Of a stretch of DNA of 64,000 nt, positions 1-10,578 are shown in pieces. Each line of letters starts with the position of its first letter. Within the stretch, counting starts at the first letter, position 1. This DNA is from Blastocatellia bacterium (GTDB taxonomy: Bacteria; Acidobacteriota; Blastocatellia; UBA7656), in assembly GCA_045807725.1 (NCBI GenBank), contig JBJMGV010000089.1:4787-68786 (forward strand), written 5' to 3'. Below the pieces are notes generated by a model. The model ran no database searches. It worked only from the letters and a program-made list of their open reading frames with translations, and was not told where the DNA came from. The position numbers and the translations under genes are program-made.

Positions 1-1248
1 GGTGTATTCGGGCAGGCGCTCGGCATTCGGCTTCTGGCTTTCAGCCGCGAGCCGCACCAGCGCGCGCGCCACATGGAAGAGGTCGGAGTTGAAGCCCGCG
101 CCGCCTTCGATCAACGAATACTGCCGCGAGTAAGCCGGCAGCGCCTTGCGTCCGCGCGCGATGTTCTCCCACGCGTCGCCATACTCTTTCTGCATTTTCG
201 GATTGGCGGCGACCGCACGGCGCAACGCGTCCTCGGCCTTCTGCTTCTTCGCCATTAGCGTCGCGTCTTTCAAGCCGGCGTACTGGCCGCGATAGGCTTT
301 CAGGCTGTTTTCAATGCCGAACTTATCTTCTTGCGCGCGCCGCGCCTGCTCTTCGCCGAGCGCGCTGTACTTCTCAAGCATCGCGTGCCTGCGTTCGAGC
401 AATCGCAACGTGAAGGGCATCCCGGTGTCGCGCAAGTATTCAAGGTGCGCCACCGTGTTCAAGCGCGCCGTCGAGCCGGGGTGGCCCGACACGAAGACCA
501 GCTCGCCGTCTTTCGCGCCCGTCTTTGACCACTTAAAGTAGTTTTCGCTATGAACCGGCTGGTCGTTTTCGTAGACGCGGAAAAGCGCCATATCGAGGTC
601 GTAGCGCGGGTAGTTGAAGTTGTCGGGGTCGCCGCCGAAGAAAGCGATCTTGAACTCCGGCGCGAAGACCAGCCGCACGTCCGTATATTTTTTATAGCGA
701 TAAAGATTGTACTGGCCGCCTTGATAAAGCGTCACGACATCCGAGCGCAGCCCGGTCTTTTCGGTAGATTCTTTCTCGATGGCGGCAAGGGCAGCGCGGC
801 GCGCGGCGTTGGCCTCGGCCCCGCTCATCTCAGGCTTGACGGCGGCGTTGACGCGGTCGGTCACGTCTTCGAGGCTCATCAGCACGTTCAACTCAAGGTC
901 GGGCGCTTTGACCTCTTTGTCGCGGGTCGGCGCGTAGAAGCCATCTTTGACATAATCCCTTTGCGCCGAGCTGATCTTTTGCAGCGTGTCCGAAGCGACG
1001 TGGTGATTGGTCAGCACCAGGCCGTTGGGCGACACGAACGAACCGCTGCCGCCATTGTTGAAGCGCACAGAACCGAGCTGAACCTTCTTCAGCCAGGCGT
1101 CGGTGATGTCAAAGCCATAACGGTTTTTAATTTCGGCGCGCGGCACGTTGTTGAACGTCCACATGCCTTCGTCGGCGCGCGCGAGCGGCAGGCTCGACAG
1201 GCCGAACAGGGCAACAAACAACAGGCTAAACAATTTTTTTGAGTTCAT
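1..1248 (-). CDS. S46-family serine dipeptidyl-peptidase (DPP7/DPP11-like), first 416 codons; 3' end lies beyond the window start
   Basis: Not in the ORF track because it runs off the window. Own translation of the minus strand from ATG (CAT at 1246-1248): MNSKKLFSLLFVALFGLSSLPLARADEGMWTFNNVPR...GSFVSPNGLVLTNHHVASD... A signal peptide is followed by DEGMW and TNHHV motifs that I associate with peptidase family S46. The frame stays open to position 1. Confidence 0.7.
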   Translation of the reverse strand, partial: MNSKKLFSLLFVALFGLSSLPLARADEGMWTFNNVPRAEIKNRYGFDITDAWLKKVQLGSVRFNNGGSGSFVSPNGLVLTNHHVASDTLQKISSAQRDYVKDGFYAPTRDKEVKAPDLELNVLMSLEDVTDRVNAAVKPEMSGAEANAARRAALAAIEKESTEKTGLRSDVVTLYQGGQYNLYRYKKYTDVRLVFAPEFKIAFFGGDPDNFNYPRYDLDMALFRVYENDQPVHSENYFKWSKTGAKDGELVFVSGHPGSTARLNTVAHLEYLRDTGMPFTLRLLERRHAMLEKYSALGEEQARRAQEDKFGIENSLKAYRGQYAGLKDATLMAKKQKAEDALRRAVAANPKMQKEYGDAWENIARGRKALPAYSRQYSLIEGGAGFNSDLFHVARALVRLAAESQKPNAERLPEYT

Positions 1249-1316
1249 GCAGAATCTCCTTGAAGAAATATCGCAGCGGCTTGATCAACGGTAGCAGCGT
1301 GTCCGACGAGCGCAGC

Positions 1317-1354
1317 AAAAAACGGGGCGAGTCGTTTGCACATCGCCTCGCCCC
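1317..1354 (-). terminator. Rho-independent terminator downstream of mnmG
   Basis: Minus strand reads GGGGCGAG-gcgatgtgcaaacga-CTCGCCCC followed by GTTTTTT; lies about 160 nt after the mnmG stop. Confidence 0.7.
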
Positions 1355-1513
1355 TACCATTCTGCTTACTTGGAGAAGAGATAGCAGTGCTTTGCTGCTA
1401 ATGAAATTCTAGCAGAGTGCAAAGACGGATTGCTAGTGTTTGGACTAAAGCGCCGCCGCCATTGCAACGTGATGGCTTGGCGAATGACCGCGCCCGATCT
1501 CGCCCGCCGCGTC

Positions 1514-3391
1514 TCAGTTTTTGAGCGCTGCGATCAACAGGATCGAAACCGCCGCCGGCGTGACGCCCGGTATGCGCGCCGCCTGGCCAATGGTGCGCGG
1601 GCGCACGCGTCCGAGCTTCTGCACGACCTCGTTCGACAGTCCCGATATGCGCGCGTAGTCGAGGCTGTGAGGAATCTCAAGCTCGTCGTAACGACCGCGC
1701 CGACGCGCCAGCGTCTCCTGGTCTTTCAGATAACCGGCGTAACGCAGGTCGTTCATCGCCACAACGACCTCTTTCTCTTTCACCTCGTCGCCGAGGCTGG
1801 CCGTCACAATCTCAAGCAAGCGCGGCTGCGGGCAATCCGGGCGGCGCGCGAGATAATCCAGCCGCTTGCCGCGATAAGCGTCCCTCCCGCCTTCGAGCCT
1901 CAACTCGTCGAGCACGTCATCACCCAAGTCATTCACTTTCGAGTCGCGCAAACATGCTTTGACGCGCTCAATGTCGCGCTGGCGGCGCTCGAACGCTTTG
2001 TAATCTTCATCGCTCACTGAACCGATCTCGCGCGCAAGCGGCGTCAATCGCTGGTCGGCGTTGTCGTAGCGCAACGACAGGCGCATCTCTGCGCGCGAGG
2101 TGAACATACGATAAGGCTCGTCCGCGCCTTTCGTCACCAGATCATCCACCATCACGCCGATGTAGCTCTGGCTGCGGTCGAGCACGACCGCTTCGCGCCC
2201 AAGCGCCGCGCGCGCCGCGTTGATGCCGGCGACGATGCCTTGCCCGGCGGCCTCTTCGTACCCGGACGTGCCGTTGATCTGGCCGGCGTGAAACAGCCCG
2301 CGCACGCGCCTGGTTTCGAGTGTGGCGTCGAGTTCGCGCGGGTCAACGAAGTCGTACTCGACCGCGTAACCGGGCCGCAGCATCTTGACTGATTCTAGGC
2401 CCGGTATCTTGCGAACGAATGCGAGCTGCACCTCTTCGGGCATACTGGTCGAGATGCCGTTCGGGTAGACTTCGTAAGTTTGATAACCTTCCGGCTCAAG
2501 GAAAATTTGATGGCGCGGTTTGTCGCTGAACTTCACAACCTTGTCTTCAATCGACGGGCAGTAGCGCGGCCCGACGCCGGTGATCTCGCCGCTAAATAAT
2601 GGCGAGCGGTCGAGGTTGCGGCGAATCTCGTCGTGAACCTCTTCGTTCGTGTAGCCGATGAAGCATTCGATCTGCGCCCGCTCAATTCGGTCGGTCTTGA
2701 ACGAAAACGGCACGGGCCGTTCGTCGCCCGGCTGGCGCTCGAACTTCGAGTAGTCAATCGTGCGGCCATCGAGTCGCGGCGGCGTGCCGGTCTTGAGCCG
2801 CCCCATCTGAAATCCGACGGCGCGAATCGAAGCCGCCAGCTTGATGGAGGCCGGGTCGCCGGCGCGGCCCGCTTGAAAGGTCTTCTGCCCGCAATGAATC
2901 AAGCCGTTCAGAAACGTGCCCGTAGTCAAGACTACACATCGACTTTCGATGAACGTCCCGTTCGCAAGCTCGACGCCCGTGATCTGTTCGCCGCGTATGC
3001 GAATCTCTGCCGCCTCGCCTTCGATGATCGTCAGGTTTTCCGTAAGCGATAGTCGGCGGCGCATCTCGGCGCGATAAAGATTGCGGTCGGCCTGCGCGCG
3101 CGGCGACTGCACCGCCGGGCCGCGGCTGCGGTTGAGCAGGCGGAACTGTATGCCGGTGGCGTCGATCACCTCGCCCATAATGCCGCCGAGCGCGTCCACC
3201 TCGCGCACGAGGTGGCCTTTGGCGATGCCGCCGATGGCGGGGTTGCAGCTCATCTGGCCGATGGAGTTGGCATCAATCGTGACCAGCGCGGTCTTCGCGC
3301 CAATGCGCGCCGCAACGTAAGCGGCTTCGCACCCGGCGTGCCCGCCGCCAATGACAATCACATCGTATCTCGTATTCACATTCTCCATCAT
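1514..3391 (-). CDS. mnmG: tRNA uridine-5-carboxymethylaminomethyl modification enzyme MnmG (GidA)
   Basis: 625 aa. N-terminus [16 protein letters not shown] (FAD fold), then [24 protein letters not shown] and [11 protein letters not shown], typical of MnmG. Confidence 0.95.
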   Translation of the reverse strand: MMENVNTRYDVIVIGGGHAGCEAAYVAARIGAKTALVTIDANSIGQMSCNPAIGGIAKGHLVREVDALGGIMGEVIDATGIQFRLLNRSRGPAVQSPRAQADRNLYRAEMRRRLSLTENLTIIEGEAAEIRIRGEQITGVELANGTFIESRCVVLTTGTFLNGLIHCGQKTFQAGRAGDPASIKLAASIRAVGFQMGRLKTGTPPRLDGRTIDYSKFERQPGDERPVPFSFKTDRIERAQIECFIGYTNEEVHDEIRRNLDRSPLFSGEITGVGPRYCPSIEDKVVKFSDKPRHQIFLEPEGYQTYEVYPNGISTSMPEEVQLAFVRKIPGLESVKMLRPGYAVEYDFVDPRELDATLETRRVRGLFHAGQINGTSGYEEAAGQGIVAGINAARAALGREAVVLDRSQSYIGVMVDDLVTKGADEPYRMFTSRAEMRLSLRYDNADQRLTPLAREIGSVSDEDYKAFERRQRDIERVKACLRDSKVNDLGDDVLDELRLEGGRDAYRGKRLDYLARRPDCPQPRLLEIVTASLGDEVKEKEVVVAMNDLRYAGYLKDQETLARRRGRYDELEIPHSLDYARISGLSNEVVQKLGRVRPRTIGQAARIPGVTPAAVSILLIAALKN

Positions 3392-3410
3392 TCGTGCTCA
3401 ATCGTGTGGA

Positions 3411-4787
3411 TCACTTGCCGATGCAGAAGGTCGAGAAGATTTGACCGAGAATATCATCCGTCAATGTTTCGCCGCTGATCTCGCCGATGCTCTGCAACGC
3501 GCTGTGCAGATTTAACAGGATGATCTCTTCAAGCTCGCGCTCGATCATCAGGTCGCGGGCCTTGTCGATTTGCGCAATGGCTTGCGTCACTGCCGCGTGC
3601 TGACGCGCATCGGTAATCATTATATCATCTCGCTCCAGCGCCGCGTCACCGCTCAGTCGGGCGAGTATCGCCTTAATCAATTCCTCAAAGCCTTCGCCTA
3701 TCACCGCCGAAAGCGTGAGCACATCGCTTTCAACAACCTCTGCAAGCGCTCTCGAATCAATGCACATCGGCAAGTCCGTCTTGTTCATCGCCACAAGGCG
3801 GCGCGCCGACGGCACATCGCCGAGCAGTTGCCGGTCGTCTTCGGTAAGCGGCTCTGAAGCATCGAGCACAAGCAACGTGATGTCGGCATCGGCAATAGCC
3901 GTGCGACTGCGCGTGATGCCGATGCGTTCAACTATGTCGCGGGTCTCGCGTATGCCTGCGGTGTCGATCAAGCGAACCGGAACGCCCGCAATCGATGTGT
4001 TCTCGTAAAGCGCGTCACGCGTCGTGCCCGGCAGCTCTGTGACGATGGCGCGGTCGTGGCCGACGAGCCGGTTGAAGATCGACGACTTGCCGACATTCGG
4101 GCGACCGACGATGGCGAGATCGAAGCCTTCTTTGACGAAGCGCCCGAAAGCGAAGCTGCCGGCGACTTCTTTCAGAGATTCGTTGACGTGCTCAAGCCGC
4201 TCGCGCAAGGCAGATGAAGCTTCAGGTGAGATGTCGTCTTCGACAAATTCGACCGAGGATTCAAGATGAACGATGACTTCAACGAGCGCTTCCTTGATCG
4301 GCATCAGCCGCTTTGACAGCGCGCCTTCAAGCTGCCGCGTCGCCACGCGGGCTTGATATTCAGTCTGCGCGTTAATGCAGTCGCGCACGGCCTGCGCCTG
4401 CGCCAGATCAATGCGGCGATTGAGGAATGCGCGAAAGGTGAACTCGCCCGGCTCCGCAATGCGCGCGCCGCGTTCGACCGTCATCGCCAGCACGCGGCGC
4501 AGAATCACGGGACTGCCGTGACAGCTCAACTCGACGACATCTTCGCCGGTGTACGAGTGCGGCGCTCTGAAGTAAGTCAGCAGCGCCTCGTCAACCGAGT
4601 CATCGGTGGCCGGATCAACGACGCGCCCAAAATGCACACGGCTCGGCGCATCAAGCGTAGCGCGCGATTCAGTGGTAAAGATTACTGAAGCGATTTCGAG
4701 AGCGAGCGGGCCGCTCAAGCGAATGACGCCGATGCCGCCGCGACCGGGCGGCGTCGAGAGAGCGGCGATGGTGTCGTGTCGGAACAT
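3411..4787 (-). CDS. mnmE: tRNA modification GTPase MnmE (TrmE)
   Basis: 458 aa. G-domain GRPNVGKSS / DTAGIR / NKTDL and the C-terminal FCIGK motif. Confidence 0.95.
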   Translation of the reverse strand: MFRHDTIAALSTPPGRGGIGVIRLSGPLALEIASVIFTTESRATLDAPSRVHFGRVVDPATDDSVDEALLTYFRAPHSYTGEDVVELSCHGSPVILRRVLAMTVERGARIAEPGEFTFRAFLNRRIDLAQAQAVRDCINAQTEYQARVATRQLEGALSKRLMPIKEALVEVIVHLESSVEFVEDDISPEASSALRERLEHVNESLKEVAGSFAFGRFVKEGFDLAIVGRPNVGKSSIFNRLVGHDRAIVTELPGTTRDALYENTSIAGVPVRLIDTAGIRETRDIVERIGITRSRTAIADADITLLVLDASEPLTEDDRQLLGDVPSARRLVAMNKTDLPMCIDSRALAEVVESDVLTLSAVIGEGFEELIKAILARLSGDAALERDDIMITDARQHAAVTQAIAQIDKARDLMIERELEEIILLNLHSALQSIGEISGETLTDDILGQIFSTFCIGK

Positions 4788-4885
4788 AGAGGCTAGAGGC
4801 TAGAGGCTAGAGGCTAGAGGCTGGCAGGAGAAAACCGCTGACTCGCTGTCTTCCCGCTAGTCTCTAGCCTCCAGTCTCCAGCCTC
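4788..4885. repeat. Tandem-repeat-armed hairpin H1, CTAG type: (GGCTAGAG)x4 arm / about 30 nt centre / complementary CTCTAGCC-type arm
   Basis: GGCTAGAG copies at 4791-4822. The opposite arm, 4856-4885, reads gctagtctctagcctccagtctccagcctc. Fills the whole gap between the jag stop (4886) and the mnmE start (4787). Confidence 0.9.
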
Positions 4886-5338
4886 TTACTTCGCCGGATA
4901 GATCGTTACCTTGCGATGGTCGCCGCTGCCCTGGCTTTCGCTGCGCACAGAGGCGTCAGTGGAGAGCGCCAGGTGGATGATGCGCCGCTCGCCCGGACTC
5001 ATTGGATCGAAGGTGAAGGGTGCGCGGGTCTGGCGGACGCGCTCGGCGGCTTTCTCGGCCATCAACTGCAACTCTTTTTCGCGCTGCGCGCGGTAGCTGC
5101 CCGAATCGAAGACGAGATGATGCTCTTCGCCGGTGACGTGCGCCAGCATGCGATTGCCGAGATGTTCGAGCGCGTCGAGCATCTCGGCGTTGTGGCTGAG
5201 CAGGATGGCGCGGTCGCCGCCGCGCACCTGCACGCGCACGGCTTCGCCGAGCGGCTCGACGCTGGCACGCAAGTCAAGGTCGCTCTGTTCGAGCACACGA
5301 TTGATAAAGTCCACGACGCTGTTGATGTCACCTTCCAT
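4886..5338 (-). CDS. jag: Jag/KhpB-like RNA-binding protein (KH + R3H domains)
   Basis: 150 aa. C-terminal GERRIIHLAL...R3H-like segment. Conserved position between yidC and mnmE. Confidence 0.8.
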   Translation of the reverse strand: MEGDINSVVDFINRVLEQSDLDLRASVEPLGEAVRVQVRGGDRAILLSHNAEMLDALEHLGNRMLAHVTGEEHHLVFDSGSYRAQREKELQLMAEKAAERVRQTRAPFTFDPMSPGERRIIHLALSTDASVRSESQGSGDHRKVTIYPAK

Positions 5339-5359
5339 CGTTCACATCCTCAATGCGGC

Positions 5360-7240
5360 TCAAGAAAGATCGCTGCTTGGCAATACTGTGCGCTCCTTGC
5401 CGGCTTTCGCTTTCCCTTTTGGCTTGGTCGGCGGCTGCGGCGTGCGCGAACTGGCCGTGCTGCTGCCGGCCACCGCGCCCGCCTCCGGCTCGGCGTTTCG
5501 TTTATTAATCAAAAGCTGTATGCCGACGCCGACCATGTTGCTCACCATCCAGTAAAGCACCAGCCCGCTCGGCGCTGACAGGAAGAAGAAGTAAGTCAGC
5601 ATCACCGGCATCAACCACGTCATCATCACGCGCTGCATCTTCATTGCCGGGTCGGCGCTGGCCGGCTGCGGCGTGAACTTGGTCGAAGCGATCATAGTGA
5701 CACACATTACAATCGGCAGAATCTTGAAAGGGTCGGGTTTCGAGAGGTCGTTGATCCAGCCGAGCCAGTGCGCGTGGCGCACGTCCAGAGACATGCTCAG
5801 GTACATGTAGACCGACCAGAAGATCGGCAGTTGCAGCAGCATCGGCAAACAGCCGCCCAGCGGGTTCGCCTCTTTCATCAAGGCGAGTTGTTCCTGTTGC
5901 AGTTGCTGCAACTCGCGCTCGTACTTTTTCGGGTTCTCCTTGAGCTTCTTCATACGATCTTGAAGCTCTTTCAGGCGCGGCTGGTGCTTGGCCGCCTGTT
6001 TCATCTTCTTCGAGCTTGAAGCGCGCAGCGGCCACATCGCCAGGTTGATGAGCACGGTGACGACGACGATGGCCCAGCCATAATTGTGGAAGAGGCCGTA
6101 GAGCAGGTTGAAGGCCGCCGCCAGCGGGTAGATCAGCGGGCGCACGACGGCTCCGAAGAAACCGTAGTCAATTACCGCGCCGAGATTGGCTTTGATGCGA
6201 TCACCGACTTCAGCCAACAACTCGCGGCCTTTCGGGCCGACAAAAATATGTAGTTCACTACTCGCAGGCACCGCCACCGACGGGTAATCGTGAGCCGGCT
6301 GATTCGGATCAGGCTTGGCTTGCACGTTCGCCGGCGTGATGCCGTTGACCGGCTGCGCGGGGACGGCCAGCATAGCAAAGTAATGATCGGCGACGCCGGC
6401 CCATTGGTAAGTATGAGATGCCGTGCTGGACGGATTTGCCTTTGCGCCCGCCAATTGCTGGCGGCTGCCGTCAGTGGTGTACATTACAATTTGCGGCGGC
6501 GTGCTGTAACTGCCACCGCCTTTATCGCTCTGGTCGCCAAAGCCCGACCCGACGACGATCTGCACCGGCTGATCGCTGCCGGTTACGCTTGCCTTCGCGT
6601 CAAAGACCAGTCGGTCGCCGTAGAAAGTGAACTCTTTGACTGCCGTCGTCGCGCCGCTGGTCGCGCTGAAGGTAATGGTCCGCTGCTCGCCTTGTTGAAT
6701 ATCTATTTTGTCCTGGCTGACATCTACGCCATCCATTTTTATGTGATAGTAGGTTGCCGGCTCTTTCGGATAATTCAACGATTCGGCGACTTCAGGATGA
6801 TCCGGCAAAAGCAGCGCGAGCGGTGCGTCAAGTCCTTCCGGCAGCGGCTGCGGGATGAGTTGCAACGCGCCGCCGGCGGCTCCTTCAATCGACTTGAAAG
6901 CGCCGCCTTCGTGATAGCCTTTGAGAATCCACGAGGTCGCCACCGCGCCGCGATTCGTTAGCGTTACATTCCAGTAAGGCGTTTCAATGACAAGGTCGCG
7001 CGGCGGCACAGGCATCGCGGGCACAGGTGTTCCTGGTGCAGTCGCGATTGCGCGCGGCGCAGGTGTAGCGGCGACGGGCGCGGGCGTTGCAGGCTTCGGA
7101 CTGCTGGCGTCTTGCGATGAAGTAGCGACCGGCTCTGACACAGGCGATGGCGGGAAGAAGCGGTTCATGAGCAGCGAGTAGCCCATCAGAACGACTACGG
7201 AAAGAACCAGCGCCAACAGCAAACGTTTACGATCCATCAA
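5360..7240 (-). CDS. yidC: Membrane protein insertase YidC
   Basis: 626 aa. N-terminal TM helix, large periplasmic domain, then a C-terminal 5-TM core (..KMKQAAKHQPRLKELQ..ANPLGGCLPMLLQLPIFW..). Has a Pro/Ala-rich linker and a basic C-terminal tail. Confidence 0.93.
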   Translation of the reverse strand: MMDRKRLLLALVLSVVVLMGYSLLMNRFFPPSPVSEPVATSSQDASSPKPATPAPVAATPAPRAIATAPGTPVPAMPVPPRDLVIETPYWNVTLTNRGAVATSWILKGYHEGGAFKSIEGAAGGALQLIPQPLPEGLDAPLALLLPDHPEVAESLNYPKEPATYYHIKMDGVDVSQDKIDIQQGEQRTITFSATSGATTAVKEFTFYGDRLVFDAKASVTGSDQPVQIVVGSGFGDQSDKGGGSYSTPPQIVMYTTDGSRQQLAGAKANPSSTASHTYQWAGVADHYFAMLAVPAQPVNGITPANVQAKPDPNQPAHDYPSVAVPASSELHIFVGPKGRELLAEVGDRIKANLGAVIDYGFFGAVVRPLIYPLAAAFNLLYGLFHNYGWAIVVVTVLINLAMWPLRASSSKKMKQAAKHQPRLKELQDRMKKLKENPKKYERELQQLQQEQLALMKEANPLGGCLPMLLQLPIFWSVYMYLSMSLDVRHAHWLGWINDLSKPDPFKILPIVMCVTMIASTKFTPQPASADPAMKMQRVMMTWLMPVMLTYFFFLSAPSGLVLYWMVSNMVGVGIQLLINKRNAEPEAGAVAGSSTASSRTPQPPTKPKGKAKAGKERTVLPSSDLS

Positions 7241-7333
7241 ATCACATCGGGCCGCGTCGGCCCGTCCTTCTATTTATAATGGCACGCGGTAAAGCCCTCG
7301 CCGTTTGGCCAGGTGGCGAGACTTGCACCGGCC

Positions 7334-7543
7334 TTACTTCACCGGGTCGTAGCCGCCGGGATGAAACGGGTGACAACGCAACAGCCGGCGCGCTCCCATA
7401 TACGAGCCGCGCAGTGCGCCGTACCGGCGAATCGCTTCTAATGTGTAGGCGGAGCAGGTGGGCGTGAACCTGCATGACGGCGGAAGCATCGGCGAGATGA
7501 CCAGTTGATAGCCGCGTATCAAAGCGATTAAGACTGCTCTCAC
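7334..7543 (-). CDS. yidD: Membrane protein insertion efficiency factor YidD
   Basis: 69 aa; [22 protein letters not shown]...[13 protein letters not shown] is the YidD signature. 4-nt overlap with the rnpA stop. Confidence 0.92.
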   Translation of the reverse strand: MRAVLIALIRGYQLVISPMLPPSCRFTPTCSAYTLEAIRRYGALRGSYMGARRLLRCHPFHPGGYDPVK

Positions 7544-7878
7544 TGCTTCCCTGCCCTTTCCAGGAAGGCGATGAAGTCGCCTTCAAGGTCGCCATAAGCC
7601 GCCTCGACCAAAGGCCGCTTCACGTTAAAGACTATATCAACTCCCGCAGGGACTAGCCATTTGTTTTTGCGGAAGGCCTCGCGTAACAACCGGCGCGCGC
7701 GGTTGCGTTCAACGGCGTTGCCGATCTTGCGCGTCGTCGTGATGCCGATGCGCGGTCGCTCGTTCAGACTGGGCAGAATGAACGCCGTGAAGAACCGCGC
7801 GTGCAGCTTGCGGCCTTGCTCGTAGACGCGGCGGAATTCGTCGCGTTTGAGAATGCGGTCTGACTTGGGAAACTTCAT
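7540..7878 (-). CDS. rnpA: RNase P protein component RnpA
   Basis: The ORF track starts at 7926, but those first 16 codons read through hairpin H2. The internal ATG at 7878 gives [22 protein letters not shown]..., 112 aa, a typical RnpA length and N-terminus. Confidence 0.85.
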   Translation of the reverse strand: MKFPKSDRILKRDEFRRVYEQGRKLHARFFTAFILPSLNERPRIGITTTRKIGNAVERNRARRLLREAFRKNKWLVPAGVDIVFNVKRPLVEAAYGDLEGDFIAFLERAGKQ

Positions 7879-7881
7879 CAG

Positions 7882-7960
7882 CAGTGGCCAGTGGGCAGCA
7901 GCCAGTGACCAGTAGTAAGCGAGCACCTACTGACCACTGACCACTGGCCATTGATCACTG
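7882..7960. repeat. Tandem-repeat-armed hairpin H2 (CCAGTG/GACCAGT-type units)
   Basis: Left arm cagtggccagtgggcagcagccagtgaccagtag (7882-7915). Right arm ctactgaccactgaccactggccattgatcactg (7927-7960), imperfectly complementary. Lies between the rpmH stop (7963) and the rnpA start (7878). Confidence 0.8.
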
Positions 7961-7962
7961 AT

Positions 7963-8109
7963 TTAGTAATGTGCAGGCGTCAGGCGCTTGCGCCCTTTGG
8001 CGCGGCGGCGCTTGAGGACAAGCTGGCCGCCCTTCGTGCTCATGCGGACGCGGAAGCCGTGCGTCTTGGCGCGGCGGCGATTGTTTGGTTGGAAAGTTCT
8101 CTTCGGCAT
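7963..8109 (-). CDS. rpmH: 50S ribosomal protein L34
   Basis: Below the ORF-track size cutoff. Own translation: [48 protein letters not shown] (48 aa), the canonical L34 sequence, upstream of rnpA. Confidence 0.93.
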   Translation of the reverse strand: MPKRTFQPNNRRRAKTHGFRVRMSTKGGQLVLKRRRAKGRKRLTPAHY

Positions 8110-8317
8110 ACGCTACACCTCTCGATAAACGTCTCTACAGAAAAGGGTAAGCCTATCGAAACGGACGGTAGGTTGTCAAGTTGCCGGACACCTGCTCACA
8201 GGCCGGCGCAGAAATCCGTCGCCGAAAGGGCAAGCCGCTCAGGCGCGACACACGCTTTGACGCTGCGGATTTGCTATGATAAGTTGACCAACTTGGAATC
8301 CTGCTTAGGAGGCAGCT

Positions 8318-8662
8318 ATGGACATCAAAGAACGAGTCGTTGACGGAGTGAGCGTGCTTGATCTGGCCGGCAAGATCGTGCTCGGCGAGGGCGATGGGCA
8401 GATTCGTGAGCGCATCAAAGACCTGCTCGCCGACGGCCAGCGCAAAATCCTGTTGAATCTCGGCGACATCACCTACATTGATTCGGCGGGCCTGGGCGCG
8501 CTCATCAGCAGCTATACCACGACCAGGCGCGAAGGCGGACAGTTGAAGCTCGTCAGCCTGACGAAGCGCATTCAAGACCTGCTGGCGATCACCAAATTGA
8601 TCACCGTCTTTGACACCTACGAGACTGAAGCCGAAGCCATTGATTCATTCTCGTCGAAGTAA
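8318..8662 (+). CDS. STAS-domain anti-sigma-factor antagonist (SpoIIAA/RsbV-like)
   Basis: 114 aa; LNLGDITYIDSAGLGALIS with the conserved phosphorylatable Ser context; STAS length. RBS aggagg at 8309-8314. Confidence 0.8.
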   Translation: MDIKERVVDGVSVLDLAGKIVLGEGDGQIRERIKDLLADGQRKILLNLGDITYIDSAGLGALISSYTTTRREGGQLKLVSLTKRIQDLLAITKLITVFDTYETEAEAIDSFSSK

Positions 8663-8673
8663 CGCCTGAAATC

Positions 8674-8769
8674 GAGCGAAGGGCGAAAAGGGAAAAGGCG
8701 AAAGGGAAAAGAAGCTGCTACGTTGGCCGCTGCTTTTCCCCTTTCGCCTTTTCGTTTTTCCTTCTCGCC
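8674..8769. repeat. Tandem-repeat-armed hairpin H3 (GGCGAAAAGGGAAAA-type units)
   Basis: Left arm gagcgaagggcgaaaagggaaaaggcgaaagggaaaag. Right arm cttttcccctttcgccttttcgtttttccttctcgcc. Lies between the convergent STAS gene (stop 8662) and TPR gene (stop 8776). Confidence 0.85.
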
Positions 8770-8775
8770 TTGTCC

Positions 8776-9885
8776 TCAGGGTTGTTGTGAGGCCAGCACT
8801 CGCACACGCTCGACGCTCGCCTTAATGGCCGGGTCATTGGTTGCCGCAAAGGCCCTCTCGTAAATTCGCAAAGCCTGCTGATACTGCTTGTCGCTCTCGT
8901 AGACGTATCCCAGCTCTGACAACGCCGCCACGGAATCGGGCAGTAACTGTAAAGTGATTTCGAGCGCCTCCATCGCTTTGCGCATCTGGCCGCTGCGCGA
9001 CAGCGCGATACCATACAAGAGCCACGCCTGCCCGTTATCCGTGTTCGCTCGTGCGATCTTCTCAAGCGGCGCGACAGCTTTGTCGAATTGCCGCGCCGCG
9101 AAATAAGCGCGGCCTAAAACGTTTGCCGTCTTTTCGTCGTCGCGCAATGCTCGCAACTTTTCGCCGACTTCCGCCGCTTCGAGCCACAGCGCATTGGCGT
9201 TGGTCTTGCGCGCTTTGCGAATCAGGCTCTCGGCCAGCAGATCCATCGCCGCCGCTTCTTCGGGGTTGGCCTTGACCGCTTCGCGCAGAGCCGTGATGGC
9301 GCGGTCGTCGTCTTCGCGCTTGAAGTAGATTGCGCCGAGATAATAGTAATTCGCGCCCGCCTCTTTCGATTTTTCCGCCGAGCCTGACTTGCCATTCGCC
9401 GCCGCGAACGCCGCCTCGGCTTCATCAAAACGTTCGAGTTGATAATAAGCTCGGCCCAACGCCGTGCGCGCCGTCGCGTCTACTTCACGCTTGGCTTTCG
9501 TGTTCAGCTCGATGTAATGCTTGAGCGGTTCGACGGCTTTGTCGTAACGCCCGGCGATGTAATGCGAGATGCCGATGGTGTACCACGCGCCGGCGATTTC
9601 AGCGCTCGCCGGTGATTGCACTTCCATCAGATCAATGGCGCGCGCCATCGGCGTCTCGACGCGGTCGTAATGTTTCAATTTGTATTCGCACAGGCCGATG
9701 TAGTACCACGCGCCCGCCGCGTCAGGCCGCTCTGCGATCAAGTCCTGAAACTCGGCGAGCGCCGCCGCGTAGTCGCCTTTGTTGTAGAGGGCAACGCTGC
9801 GCTCCCAGTCGGACGCTTGCGCGGTTGCGCTCATCAGCGCCATCAACAGCAGTGCGGCGCACCATTTGTTCAGGGTTGACTGCAT
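8776..9885 (-). CDS. Secreted TPR-repeat protein
   Basis: 369 aa; signal peptide MQSTLNKWCAALLLMALMSATAQA; repeated A..Y/W..G...Y..A TPR-like units throughout. Confidence 0.75.
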   Translation of the reverse strand: MQSTLNKWCAALLLMALMSATAQASDWERSVALYNKGDYAAALAEFQDLIAERPDAAGAWYYIGLCEYKLKHYDRVETPMARAIDLMEVQSPASAEIAGAWYTIGISHYIAGRYDKAVEPLKHYIELNTKAKREVDATARTALGRAYYQLERFDEAEAAFAAANGKSGSAEKSKEAGANYYYLGAIYFKREDDDRAITALREAVKANPEEAAAMDLLAESLIRKARKTNANALWLEAAEVGEKLRALRDDEKTANVLGRAYFAARQFDKAVAPLEKIARANTDNGQAWLLYGIALSRSGQMRKAMEALEITLQLLPDSVAALSELGYVYESDKQYQQALRIYERAFAATNDPAIKASVERVRVLASQQP

Positions 9886-10578
9886 CAGTGAGCATTATGG
9901 CATGGGCAGCAGGCCGTGTCGAACATGAAGCTTCGGAGGCAAAGGGTTGGGCGCTGACTTGATTTTGCGGCGAACACTTTCGTGTGCCGCTTCTTGACAG
10001 TCGGCAATGAAGCGCGATAGGCTGGCGCTGTTCGAAACATCTCATACCGTGGGCCGGGCGCCTCAAATGCCACGCAGGACGGCCTTTTTTTCCGACCTAC
10101 TGCAATCGTGTTTCATCTGTCGCGGCTCAGAAATAACGGCAGTGGCCGATTTGTCGCCACGCAAAGAGAACGTCTTCGAGCCGCAAGCCCGAACCGATGT
10201 TATGCACAATGTAGTATCGCTCACTATCGCGCGCTCGCAGGTTGACGCGGCGGCGCGTTGTTCAGCGCGGCTCATCGATCACTGCATCATAGAAGAAGAG
10301 ATTTTTCCAAACCGCCGGCGGCGCGTGGCGGTCTTAACCATATCGTGCGCGCAAAGGTTTCGCCCTTGCGCGGCGCGCGTACCCAATGTTCGAGTGAGTT
10401 CGTGTAATGATGTTGTCCTCCGTTCCTGCGGCGACGCGTTCTGCGGCTGCGAGGCTTGCAAAACACGTCGCCATTTTTATGCAAAATCTTTTCAGAATAA
10501 TTCTCAAACCTTCAGCCGCGCCGCGCTGTCTTACATCTTGTCAACGGACTGCTTCGGGAAAAACCGAAGGGGGAGTTT

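Noticed and set aside
550-1242. 230-aa plus-strand ORF, and neighbours at 73..258, 314..541 and 331..528, at the window start
   Set aside because: These lie antisense to a much better minus-strand reading (the S46 peptidase with signal peptide and family motifs). The translations are Arg/Ala/Val-rich with no recognisable motifs, typical shadow ORFs of GC-rich DNA.
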